From the NCBI GenBank assembly GCA_000320545.1, contig ADNK01000030.1:1-41671 (forward strand): 41,671 nt of DNA, read 5' to 3'. Origin of the DNA: Bigelowiella natans CCMP2755. Its lineage: Eukaryota > Protista > Cercozoa. This document shows positions 26,209 to 39,400 of this stretch, piece after piece. Below the pieces are notes generated by a model. That model did no database searches, was not told where the DNA came from, and worked only from the letters and a program-made list of their open reading frames with translations. Made by a program: the position numbers and the translations under genes. Numbering within the stretch: the first letter of the stretch is position 1; each line of letters begins with the position of its first letter.

Positions 26209-26579
26209 AAAATTTAAACGTTTAATAAGAACGATTCATAAGTTCACCAGCAACAATTTTTGTGGGCGCACCTGAACCTCCTTTTTCAAACCTTAAGATA
26301 TGTTGATATAGAAGGAGAAGAACGGACAGAATCAAGGGAATAGAACACAAACATGTCAAAACACAAAGCACCCATTTGCTTTCATGTGCATTTGGACCTC
26401 AACATTTTAATCAATAGCGTTCTAAATTGAGTAAATGGCATACTTTAAAGAAGGATTGAAGAAAGCCCATTGTTCATTTGAACGCATCGAAACCACAACA
26501 TTGACACGACTGGCTTCCTGTTTCACATGCACATATGCATATGCATCATCATCAAGTGTGAAGCACATTTAACTTGGAT

Positions 26580-27311
26580 CTATCTTACCGCCTTTCTTTT
26601 TGCAAAAGAGAAGCGCTTAAGAAACCTTTCTGAACCAAGAGGAGTTGCTCGTCCACTGGAGGTTGGTGTCTGAACTCTGTAGGGCGACGATGTACCTGTT
26701 CTTCGAAATGCAGAAGACCTTCCAAATGAGTTAGAAGATATTCGCCCCCCCACAGTTTTCGCCCTCCTGTGCTTTACAGGAGGCCTATCATTCACGACAG
26801 GAATCTTAATTTTCAGCTGTCCCCTGCTAAAGCCACACTGTTTTCTGCGCTCATCCAAACTATCAACTCTTGTCTCTGGGAAGATACTACGCACTTTTTC
26901 CTGTTGAGTCTCTCCCAGTCCAAATGTTTTATTTTTACTCGATTTGCAGGTGAGGCTGCGATTTTTCGTTCCAAGGATCGGAAGGGAAGACAGAGAGTTT
27001 GGGGTGGTCACAACTGAGTCCTCACGGTTATCGATCTCAAGTCTTAATCTATGCAAAAATTCTCATGAATTCATGACCGAAATGAAAAAATAGTACTCAG
27101 ACCTCGATCCACAAACGGCACAAAACCGAGCAACATCTATTTGAGGGACCATGTTCTTGCAGCTGGGGCACTCTATGATGGGGTAAGGATAGCGACAGGC
27201 TCCTGCTACAGATACGGACTCCTCTTGACTGGGGATGGCACCTTCGACCAAATAATCGTCCCCCATTGGGGCCAGCTCTTTCCGCACGCACGAAGTGCAC
27301 GTACCGCCCAT
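26580..27311 (-). CDS. Hypothetical two-exon protein with putative N-myristoylation motif and zinc ribbon
   Basis: Starts MGGTCTSC; contains CPSC-x12-CAVCG; one short intron near 27050-27100; Ser/Arg-rich basic C-terminus. Confidence 0.7.
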
Positions 27312-27664
27312 TGTTGAATTTGAGGAAAAAAGGTTTTTTTTTTTTAAGTTCTTACCACATTTGTTGCATCAAGTTTGCTCCTACCCTCCCTCCGTGTGTA
27401 CAATACGTACAAGTATACGTGTACAGCAAGCAAGCACACGCGTGCTTCTTTCCTTTCTTTTTCCGTTCGGAAGAGAAGGAAAGAATAACAATTCATGTAG
27501 CGAAATAATAATAATAATAATAATGAATCAACAAACTTTCCTGTTAATCAATTTGTCGGAATGCTGCATTCGTAGCGAAATAATAAATATATGATGAAAT
27601 CAACCAGTTTTCATGATAATTAATTTGTCGGATAGCTTCCACTTTGCACCGAAAAAATATTTAG

Positions 27665-30646
27665 AAAAACAAGTCCTCCTCCTCAAACCCTACACCCGAG
27701 CCGCCGGTAAGTGAGCATGGACTCAACGCGCATGCAGCTGTTGGTGGTGCTGATTGATGGGCTTTTATGCAACCTGTTTGTATCACAGTAGTAGAGTCTC
27801 CTACGCCGATGCGGGCTTCTTCTCCTCTGACGAGAATGTTGGTAGAGCGCATCCGCGAAAGAGGCCCAATGACCATGGTTGTGAATGCTGCATGTGTAAT
27901 CCGCTACGAAATTCGCATCACCGGCGAGGCACATCATATTCTATCGAACATAATCACACATACACACACATACACACACACACACACTCAAAACAAGCAA
28001 TGCGTCTCTGTGGTGCATTAGTGTACACTACAAATGTACTACGCGTGCGCACTAGTGACTCCTGTGTGCGCGATGGGAATATAATGGGAGTGAGTAACTA
28101 GTGTGACAGTGAGGTTGCAAACCTTAGTTCTTACATGTATTTTTGTGTGTGTGATCAGGCGGAGTTTATGCGCGAATGCCTAACGAATTCGCAGGTTGGA
28201 GAATCAGAACAATCTTTCCTCACCACTAGTAACATTATCGCCTGATGGATGAGGATTTTTGCATGATATGGTGAGGAGGTATAAAATCAATCAACTCTTC
28301 ATTCGAATTTTCAATCGTATTCAGCACGGATATTACACAAACAATGTGGAGATTGGACCATTTCAGGACTTTACCACAGCACCAACGACGACACCGATGT
28401 TTGGAACGCTACTTGCCAAATGGGTTGAGTGGGCACATAAGGTAGGAGAGCATCCATTCAGCAATGGGATCATGAATTGTATCAAATAGATATATTAATT
28501 TAATCATCCACGGGGTTGTTATTCGTTGATTTGCTTTCCGGGTGGCACATCGTATATAACAGGGACTTGGAAGCCCTCGAAACTTCAATCTAGTAGAGCT
28601 TGGACCTGGAACAGGAGCTCTAATTCGCCCATTGTTCAAAGCCCTTCCAGATAGTGTCGCTGATGCAGCGGAAATACATCTGGTTGAAGTAAGCGAAAAG
28701 CTTAGGAAAGCACAGGCAAAGGCTTTAGATGTGGACATGTCCTCGATGAATGCTTACAAATTTGTTCCTGATGACGAGATGATGGAGGAGTATACGAAGT
28801 ACAGAATACCGTACCATAACGGCAATATCTTAACTGTTGAAAAAGATGCTAGTTTGGAAGTTTCCAGCGAGTGGACGATGAAAGACGGTCTTCAATGCGA
28901 GACTGGTGTGATAATGATGGATGGAGATAGAACTGCTGCTGTCACATGGCACTCCCACGTCTCCACTCTCCCGGTACGTATATGCTACCAGACAGACGAC
29001 GAAATATCAGCGTTCTGTGATTCTTCCTATGATGAGTACACTGTTTCTTGAACAATCAGCGCGGGCCGGTTATAGTGATCGCTAACGAATTTTTCGATGC
29101 CCTTCCTGTGCACCAGTTCCAGTGGGGCTCGAAGAAGAAAAAGCAGCAGCAGAAAGAGGAGGAGGAGGAGGAGGAGGAGGAGGAGGGAGACCACCAACTA
29201 TTTAGCCAAAACATGGTTGTTGTAGAAGAACAACGGTCAGCCATGCCCACATCTAGTAATGACTCTGATAGCACTTTCAGTGGTAGTAGTAGTAGCAGCA
29301 GCAACAATCTCTTCTCATTGAACACTAAGTTCATGGAAACAACCCCACCACCGCACATTTCGTTTGTTGATGAATGCAAAAGCAAGGATTGCTTCGGTTT
29401 CGAGTTGTGCCCAGAGGCGCTTGACGTTGCACGTTTCTTATCTAAGGTAGCAGTTTGAGTGAGAACAAACAAGAAAGATGCATCAAGGAAAGTGTAGGAG
29501 GATCTCTACTCAAATAAGCTTTCTCCTACCATCTTTGTTTTTGCTGTTCCCTTTCCTTCGCCTTCTCGTCGTTCTATGGACCATGGAACTAGAACAATAA
29601 TGGACAGAAAATGGCTCAAAAAATAGTAGAAGGGAATTGATTTTCGTGTCGTTGATGGCAACCAACTTCTTCATCACCTCCATCATCAATTCTTATTCTA
29701 CCCACCGTCTTCTACACAGCAGCGGCATCAAAATCACCACCGCCGCTGTCAAACGTGAATTGAATTGAGTTTACATATAACATCATTCACAGCGTATGGA
29801 GCAGGATGGAGGGGCGAGCCTCGTAATAGATTATGGAGATGAAACCACAACAGATACTCTTCGTGCACTATCAAAGTAAACAGTACCGAGAGTAGAGAGG
29901 GAGGGGGACGGAGGAGAGAGAGGGAGAGAGAATCAGGATGGGTGAAGAAGAAGAACTATGATTGTTGATCAGAATTACTGTGCATCTGGACGAGTTTAGC
30001 CCTTCCTCTCGCACACAAATACACATTACCATTTACATTATTATGTACCATCTATCTCCATGGTACTACGCACGTACCTTCTTCCTTTCTCTGCCTGTGT
30101 TGCTGCCTTCCAAAAGAGAGAGAGGTCATAGACCTGGAGAAGCAGCTTTAGTTCCCCTCCTTCAATCGCCAGGGCAACACGATGTATGATATACAAATAT
30201 AGATAGAATGGATGCACAGAAATAGAGCATCTTTCATTATCAATCCTCTTCTCCTCACTCTATCTCTAAAATGTATACTACTACTTTTACTACTATTACT
30301 ACTACTCCTACTACTGCTACTTTCCTGAGATTTAAGCTGGTAGCAGCTCCTCGGTTACTTCTCTATTCTCCCTGTTTGCACGTATCTGCACTTAGAAAAG
30401 ACAATCATAACAACATAATCATTAAAGCTGCCGACGTAAACGCGTAATATGAGCGTGAAATTGAGCGGTATGTGCGGGAGTGTCCGTCTTGCGTTTTGAT
30501 CGTTTCTGTGCTTATATTAGGTAACAGCAGATGTACACTTCGGTAGCCTGGCGTTGGCCTTTGAAGAAGGAGGCGAAGGGTTGATCCAACCACGACATAT
30601 TTTGTTTTAGATATTCTTGTTCTTGTTCTTGTTATTGTATATGCTG

Positions 30647-30725
<79 letters not shown>

Positions 30726-31227
30726 TAAGAGATAGGGTGCTGCGCGTATGTGGTGCAGTCCATGCAAAAAAGGGAGATACGTATAAAATGTTGTATATTT
30801 TCACATGCAAAGAGTATATAACTAGCCTTCTTATTTACATAGCGTATGCATTGAGAATCAAAAAGAGAGATGTTCACCGCAGACGATTCGACCCTGATTA
30901 GCCACGTCGTCGTCATCACCATCATCATCATCATCATATTTGCTGATGCTGGCTTCTTCGCTCAGAATCAAATGCCATCCAATGCAACCACAAGCTTACC
31001 TCCTCACAGAACTCATGGGGGAAAGGTGCTAGTCGTTTTTTAGAACATTGCTATTTCTCGTCGTCATCCTCGTCAATAAACCTATTATCATCACCCTGAC
31101 GTAGTATCAAGAGCTACCTCGAGATAATGCGCGCTGGGTATCGGGAAGATATGGATGAGGAGGAGGCATCCATTTATCACCTTGCTCCTCTTGTTGACCG
31201 TCAGGTTCGTGCGATATGTATGTATAG

Positions 31228-31272
<45 letters not shown>

Positions 31273-31487
31273 AAAAATAATAAAATATGTGTGTGTTTGT
31301 GTGTGTGTGTGTGTGTCGCTCTGAGATTCATTTTTTCCAATGTTTGTTTTTGAATAATATCCTCAATATGCAGGGAATGGGGAGTTATTTCAAATGCATC
31401 TGCGCAGCCCCAAAATCCTGGGGAGTGCCATTGGGTTGGAACATGCGTGAAATGGTTCTGATGATGGAGAAAGCAATGCAGAAGTAA
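27665..31487 (+). CDS. NDUFAF7: Mitochondrial arginine methyltransferase NDUFAF7/MidA family (start codon not located)
   Basis: RIRERGPMTM|AEFMRECLTNSQ|HGYYT..DFTTAP..MFGTLLAKW, NLVELGPGTGALI, IHLVEVSEKLRKAQAKAL, VIVIANEFFDALPVHQF, GGASLVIDYG, SPGQHD|VTADVHF, GMGSYFK. Confidence 0.9.
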
Positions 31488-31569
31488 ATTACGGATGATG
31501 CGAGCTTACGAATGCAAAGATGCTGATAGTATATTCATGTGACAGTCGTAGTACTACGACATTATTTGT

Positions 31570-31930
31570 GCAAAAATGGTGTTCGTCGTCAGCAACGCGG
31601 TGCGCTGAAGTTGCGAAATAGCGTTCTGGTAGCTTGAAATCATCATCAACATCAGCTAGGGCAGGCACAACAATGTTTACTCGTAGCAGTGCTGGGCACG
31701 ATTAATTTGTGTACAGCTCAACATGTCATGTGCATGGATGTCTAGATGCATGTTTGCTGCAAATGCACAGACATTGCAGGTCACACGTTGTCCGCATCAA
31801 TGTCGCAGCGGCCATGCTAGCATGATGTCTAGAAGTGCATAGATAACAGCAGGATTAGGTATCATTCAACACAGCAATGACCCGGCATTGCTGTGTTGTG
31901 CACATGTTGTCTTTGCACAACATAAAACGC
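31570..31930. other. TpA-depleted tract 5 (between convergent genes; weaker)
   Basis: The core at ~31715-31835 has TA only as CTAG and is dense in CATG/TGCA. CATGCTAGCATG at 31813-31824. Confidence 0.65.
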
Positions 31931-32006
31931 GTAGTCGCAGCGTTGAACAGTTACATTATTAGAATGATGTTTGGAAATTTTAACATGTTTATTACATCCG
32001 TCTCGC

Positions 32007-32049
<43 letters not shown>

Positions 32050-32511
32050 GTCCGTATCATATATTGTCGCAGGTAGTCGTTACACAATATCCAGATCGAT
32101 GTTGAGCATGCACGTACGTATACGATACGTTAGACGTGCCAGTGTGCTTGCGAAGCAGTATTTCTGTTCTACCGCTATGCTCGGCATGATAGCTAGATGA
32201 TATTGCTATCTCGCTATCCATTAAATCTGGGAGTTTTTGGTCAAGCAATGCAGGTATTTAGTACTACTTTGAGACTGCAACTTTGTACAAAGGTGTAAGT
32301 AAGATTTGCGTTTGTTCTCGCGTACACGCACAGAGGCGATGATATGTGATTTTGCGCCACGAACTACGCATCTACAACAGCTTGAATGGAGGGATTTTCC
32401 ATGATGAATATAATCAAGTAACATATTCAAACTCTACCCTGCATTTACTAGCCATACACCGCTACTCATCACAAGGGGAGCGCAGCACAGCACACGCTGC
32501 GTATTGTGTGG

Positions 32512-35500
32512 TTAGCAAGTCAGGGATGCACATGCCAAAGCAGCAACACCATTGTCAGAAGCTGGAGGAGAGAACCCGTCCATTTCCGAACCTGGGACAA
32601 CAAGGCCTTTCAAGAAAGCTATCTCTTGTGCAATACTCATCCTCGACTTTCCATCGTGACCCCATCCGCGGTTCTCCTTTGGTTGCTCCCTGATCCAATT
32701 GTCTATCACTTTTATAAGATTATTCTCTTGCTGGATTTTCCTACGCTTCTCCTCTTCATTCCTTTCATTGCTTGCGGAGGCATCATTCGAGTCACTACTT
32801 CGTTCATCTATTGAGTTGGACGCAGAGCGAAGTTTTCTGCCCGAGACCAATACTTCTCGACAGACGGTCAAAAGCTGAAACCTCTCCCGGAGGAAGGCGA
32901 TCGGTAAACGTCGCCGGGAGTGCAGACCGTGTCGCGTGAGGTAAAGCCGCTTGAAAGACCGGAGAAATCGGTGTGTGACGGGCAGCTGTCCCAACCACAT
33001 ATGGCTACAAACATCGATTGTACGGAAACCCTGTGACGACGACGTGCGCGCACAATCACAACACCAAGATATGAGTTGAGATCGAACAAACTATATCGCA
33101 AAGAAAGCAACTAAAGGAGCAATCTTCCATTGTCTCGTGATTATAACTGGCAGAAGACTTACCCGTTTGAACGCGTTATGCGCCCTTTCGAGTTGGCCAA
33201 AGGAAGCCCAAAACAGTCCCTCGACTCGAAAGACGCCCAGATTGAAAGGGTCCTTCTTCTCCACCATGGTCCAGTACTCATCCACCTACGTGGTGGTGGT
33301 GGTGGTGGTGGTGTGTGCGTAATGGTTATGACTCATACCTTCATTTGAGGGAGGGGGTAAAGGCCCCAACCTAACTGATGACGAAATACTACTAGCAATG
33401 TAGCATAAAGCGCAATATGACTTGTGTGTGTATGTCACGCAACAAAACGATTTTGTTTGAAGAGACGCTCGTATATTAATCTTACCAATTCGAGTCTGCG
33501 AAGTGTTAGCGCTAAGAATTCGGCGTAACAGAAAGATATTGCCGTGTAGTCCCAGTTTTCACTACGAGAGCAGCTTTGCCGTATTCCACGTCTCCCGACG
33601 TAGCCGTGCATGAAGGCGTGCACCTCCCGCCAGTCCATCTCGAGTAGTTGGTGGGTGGCTGCTGCTGCTGCTTCCCTGTCAGGTGGTGGTGATGATGATG
33701 GTCTCTTTTTCGTTACTCCCACACGCGAAGAAGAAACCTTGTTTGCTTTAGTATCCGAATACTCTGCTGCTGAGAACGATGATGACGATGATGATGACGA
33801 TGATGATGACGATGACGATGACGATGATGTTGCTGGAAGGACCCGCTCCCAGCACATAACACACCATTTAACGACACAGACTTTCTTGTCTTTATCCATA
33901 AACGCCGTCGCCTTGTTTTCCGCTATTGGCAGCTTTGTGCAGCCGCATCGCCAGCAAACACCCGAGATCCTTCTCCCACGCATTGCCACCGATCTCCCTC
34001 TCAGCCGTATCAACTCTGCCCAACACCGCACACAATATTCCTCCTCCTCCTCCTCCTTATCCCTGTCATAATAACTACTTGCAGGCACAATTGGGAGATG
34101 CCAATACCCGCACTGCGCACAACGTCTAACCCTATCTTTCTTCTTCAAGTCAGTAGCATCAGCTTTGCCATCATATTTTGGTATATTGTCCTTGTCGATG
34201 TTGCTTCTAGATTCTGTTGGCTTGTTACCGTAGTGACCTACTAGCATAGTGCTGCCGCCTTCTCCGCCTTTCACCACCTCTTCTTCTGTTGATAGCGTCG
34301 TTTCCTTCGTCGTCTTGTTATTCAGCATTTTCATCTTCTGGAGGGCCCTTTTCTTTCTCTTTGCGGATCCTGGACTCCGCGATTTTGATGACGACGATGA
34401 CGACTTCATACGAGCAGCGGAAGTTTTGGGAGGGACACCATTACGGGAAGAAGAAGGAGAGGTGCTGCTTTTGTCATCATTGCTGACATCAGCACTACCA
34501 CCACCAGAATATCTCCTATCTCGCCTTCTTCCTCCTCCTCCTCCTCCTCCTCCATTATATTTATTAGACCGCCGCCTCAATGATCGAAGCTGGCTTTGCT
34601 TACGGGTCTCCAAAGTGCCATAGCCATGATACTTGACAAGGTAAGTGCCGTCCTCTAGGTTCTCTTGAATCGTCGCCTCATACCTGGTGGTGTGTGTTGG
34701 ATGCAAGAAGGAGGAGAAACGTTCTTAGTAGATGAGACGTCATCACTCAGCTGCTCACTACTACTACTACTACAACGATATTGTACAGACGCACATATCT
34801 GTCATCTTGTAATACGATCATCTGTCTATCAAGCGATCAATTGTCGTGTTTTCACACTACTACTACTACTACTACAACTACCATTGCCCATCAGCTGAAT
34901 AGCGTGCACTGACTCGTTGACCGCGGAAGAAGTTAGTTGTTTTCTTGTTCAATTTCTTACCACATTCAGGGGCAGCTGCAGTCGGAGCAATTGCCATGTT
35001 GCCCCCCTCGGACACATTACTTTTCCGTTCGTGCTGGCCCCCATTGGTGTGGGTGTTGTTGATGTTGGTTGCGCAGGAGGAGGAGGAGGAGGAGGAGGAG
35101 GAGGAGGAGGAGAGCTTTGTAAAATGGAAGTCCTCTACACTTGGTCGCCGTTTGGAGCCAAAACCGTGCGAATACAGTTTCGATTCGTGATACTTGCTGC
35201 AATGAGTGGGTGATTGGGCTACGTCATGGCTGCCATCCTTCTTGAAACTCTTACTACTACCTTCATGTCTCCTCTTCCCATCAGATGAAGAAGAAGCACC
35301 ATCAGCAGTAGCAGCAGAGGGGAAACAGGGATTGAAGATCTCGATCTCTTCGTCATCGTGTATATGAATTTCGTAAGCAGCACGCGCTGCATGCATCTTC
35401 CTCACTCCTACTAGTAAATCAACTCTGTTTTCTCTGGCATGTCTCTTCTCTTCAGACGGAGAATCATTACGATTCTCAGTGTTGCTGCTACTACTACTAC

Positions 35501-35762
35501 TACTACTACTACTATCAGCAGCATTTACTTCTTTGCCAGGTGCTGCAGCTTCCCTTTGACCTGCTCCTTCTTGAGTGATAAATGGTTGTTGTTGTTGTTG
35601 TTGTTGTTGTTGCGGCTGCTGCTGCTGCTGCCGCGGGGTGTTATGATGATCACTGCGGTGTCTGTTGGGAGATAGCTTCCAGTCTCTGAAAGAGCAGTAA
35701 CTGCCACCGCTACTGCTGCTGCTGGATTGTTCCTCCTCGTCCGTCTCTTCTGTGTAGAAAGC

Positions 35763-35798
<36 letters not shown>

Positions 35799-36305
35799 CA
35801 ATATTAGTCCCATCAGCATCATCATCATCATCATTAGATGTTCAATAACGGCAATTCTACGATGATAAGGATGATGAGGATGTTAGCACATCATTTGCAG
35901 ATAAGTACAAATAAGCACACATTGGTAGGTAGCTAGCTTACTGCTCTCTTTAAGAACATGACCTCCACTCATGCTCCTTCCTGAAGCATTGCTATTACTT
36001 CTTTCCCTGCGGTTACCAATACCAGGTTTCTCCATTTTTCCTTCTTCTTCTTCTTCTTGTTGCTTCGATGTCAGCTTACAACTGTCTTGGCAAGTAGTTT
36101 CTTGTTTTCCCTCTGCTGCAAAAGGTGATGTTTCACCCTCTTCCTTGCCCTCTTCATTATCACCACCACCACCAGCAGCAGCAGCAGCAGCAACATCAAC
36201 AGCGCCGTTACCATCATTCTCATCTTTAGTCTCACGAATCACATCGATATTAGCGAGTATGTCGTATCCATGATCTACCAATGTTGTTCCATCATCATCC
36301 TTCCG

Positions 36306-36344
<39 letters not shown>

Positions 36345-36448
36345 CGGATGGCGGCATTGGGACTCGAGGAGGGAAGAGGAGGGGAAGGAGTTGGAATTAC
36401 CAAGCTCGATTTTGTCGTTGTTCTTATCATCATCATCGTCTCTCTGAC

Positions 36449-36479
<31 letters not shown>

Positions 36480-39400
36480 TTGCTCGTGGTTCATGTCTCC
36501 ACATCCAAGCACATTATAACCGACGTTGCCGCCAAGGGAGGAGTTTGCTTTCCCTTCTCCCCCCCCCTCTGAAGTATTGTTATCGTTATCGTCACTACCA
36601 CCCTCGCCTCTTCCGTCTCGCTTGTGAGCTGCTCCAGCTCCTCCGGACTCAACTTTCTCCGTCGTTTCCTTGAATATTCTATTTTCAGTACAGGCAGTAG
36701 CAGTACCAACAATGCCGCTGCATACACCACCACCTCTGTCTTCTTCGCGAACATTTTTCCCCCTCTTGCGGCGGCGGGGGGCACGATGATTCGTGCATCT
36801 CGACAGCGTGAACAACTCTGTTTGCGATATCAAGAAGGTGATTGCCTTCTCGGCGCTTGCAGGTGCTCCGGAATGCCTTGCAAGAAGCCGAGCATACGTG
36901 ACAATCAGGCGTGGATCCTGATAGCGAGATGGGAGGGTTTCGTTGACTCTAAGGGCCTTCTGAAGCCATCTGAAGGCGTTCCTGACTCTGCCATGGTAGT
37001 GGAGCACTTCACCATATAGAGCAAGGCATTGCAGCCCGTCTCGAACGCCAGCCAATTGCACCTTTGCTAGATCATCGTCTGCCAAACGCGAGCGCCAGTA
37101 TTTTTCCCTTCCCATAATCGTAAGGGCGTCCAACACCAAGTTGGCCATCCACGATTCAAGTCCTCCTGGCTGCTGCTGCTGCTGCTGCTGCTTTTCAAGC
37201 CTTTTTGTCGTTGTTTTCTTCATCTTCCTTGAGGAGGAGGAGGAGGAGGAGGAGGAGGAGGAGGAGTGACTGCTATAACCACCACCGCTCCTTCTTTTAT
37301 TTGCTCGGGACCGCCTAAAGCTTTGCAGTTGCTGCTTGAGGATGAATTGAAATAGCGTTATCATGGGGAGGGGGTGGCCTTTGCTGCATGCAATTGCCCT
37401 CTCGAAGCAAATCTTGGCCTCATCTACCCTATTTTCATCACTGAGCTTGAAACCGAGTGCTTTGAGCACGTTGGAGTGTTTACCGTGACTGGCGCTGATG
37501 GCCTTCTTGTACCAGGCCTCCGCCTCTTTGCGCTTGCGGACGTCACCCTTGGGCGCCATGCGCGCTGTCGAAATCCCAGCGTAGAACATCGAGCGAATAT
37601 GCAAGGGATCGATTTGGTGCGCGATCTTGTACATGCGGAGGGCCAGGCGGTGGTCTCGGTACAGCATAGAGACTAGCATTCCATAGTTGCAGAAGGCGAG
37701 ATGATCGGTAAGGTTCAGGCGAAGATTCGCATCGAAGCGCTTCATTGCTAGGCCAGCCATGCGTCGAGCCTCCCTCAACTGCAATGGATGCCTTTGTTCC
37801 CTATTTGCTCGAATAGAGCGAATCAGAAGTGCAGTCCCTTGTGCGTAATTGGCAATGTTCATCTCCTTGACCTTTGCCTGGATTGAGACTACCTGCGAAA
37901 CGTCGAAGGGTTCCTGAAAATCAAACACCGAGCACTCCTCATTCTCCTCCTCCCACCCATCTTGCTCTTTCTTGTCGCGGCGTAAGCTTTGCATCAGCGT
38001 GGGCTCGAGCTCGATACAGCTCAACTCCAAAAAACGGAGAAACACTTCCTTCAGACCGAACTCCCGGGCGTGACAAATTGTTTGATCGCGTCGTTCTCCA
38101 TTGTGATGGTGATGATGATGATGATGATGTGGCGACTTTGAGCCATTCTCCTGTGTGTTGCTTGAGGCATTCTTTCTATGAAGGAGGTTTGATGATGATG
38201 ATGATGAGGAGGATGATGCTGCTCTGGAAATGCCTTCTGCTTGTTTCCTCCTCGATGGTGTCATCACCACGCTTGACGGTGATTTCGTTGGTGAATGTAA
38301 TCGGTCAGCACTCAATGTCATGTTGTTATCATCCCCTGGTGCTGCTGCTGCTGCTGTGGGGCTATATTCCTTCTGGATGTTCTCCTTCTGATTCTTCCTT
38401 TTCTTCTCCTTCTCAGGTGTAGGAAGGTAAGAGTCCAAACTTGCTCCTAGACTAGGAAACTCATCGAATGAAGGACGAGATGATAAGGATGATGACGATG
38501 ATGCCGATGATGCTACTGCACCATGAGCTGCAGATGCTGCATCACCTGTCGTGGTTGAAAATCTTCCTCGCCCTCCTCCTTTGGCCGGAATATTCACTTT
38601 TCCCTTTTCTTCTTCTTCTTCTTCTTCTTCTTCTTCTTCACCTACAAAAATATCAACAACAGATATATTATTAGTACAATCCTTTATGCATGGAGAGATT
38701 TTCATCAAGTTGGCAGCAGCTGTATTGGGGTCAACTGCCATCGAAGAAAGTTCTGCATATGACCGATTTCACGCTGCATCTAAGACGGGAGTGGTAGTAG
38801 TAATAGTAAGAATAGTAGTAGTAGTAGTAGTAGTAGTAGTAATAGCAGTGGTGCGTGTTATTATCACATTTCAGTCGTCTATATACCGTGATTACGATGT
38901 CTGTGCCTGCTTCTGCTATTATATCCAATCGGCAATGACTTTGCACGGTAGACGTGTAGCACGTTCTTCTCAGAAGAGGAGGGGGAGAGGGCAAGCTCCC
39001 CAGACTCAAACCATAATTTGGAGTTCTTCTCATCCTCTTTCCTCGTGTAAATTTCTACAAGACATCTTGGCAGCGATGATGCATCGTACACGCTGCTGGT
39101 GTTGGTGCTGGTAGCAATGGTGGTCCCTGTAGTATTAGTAGAGGGTGTTCCAGCAGCAGCAGCAGCAGCAGCCTTACGTTCCATGCTTTTGTTGATTTCC
39201 TCTTCTGTGGTGGGCTGTTTCATGCCTCCTTTCTTTTGGTCCTCCCCTGCCTCGACATAGTCGCTTAAGATACTGCTATTCAGTGAGAAGAGGTCAAGAG
39301 CACTGTGCACAGCCATTTCAGATTTGTAAAACACGCTTTTTCTCAGTCTCTCCGTGGTAGTCCCCCTCTCTTCCTCCTTATCCCTATTCTCCCTTCGATC

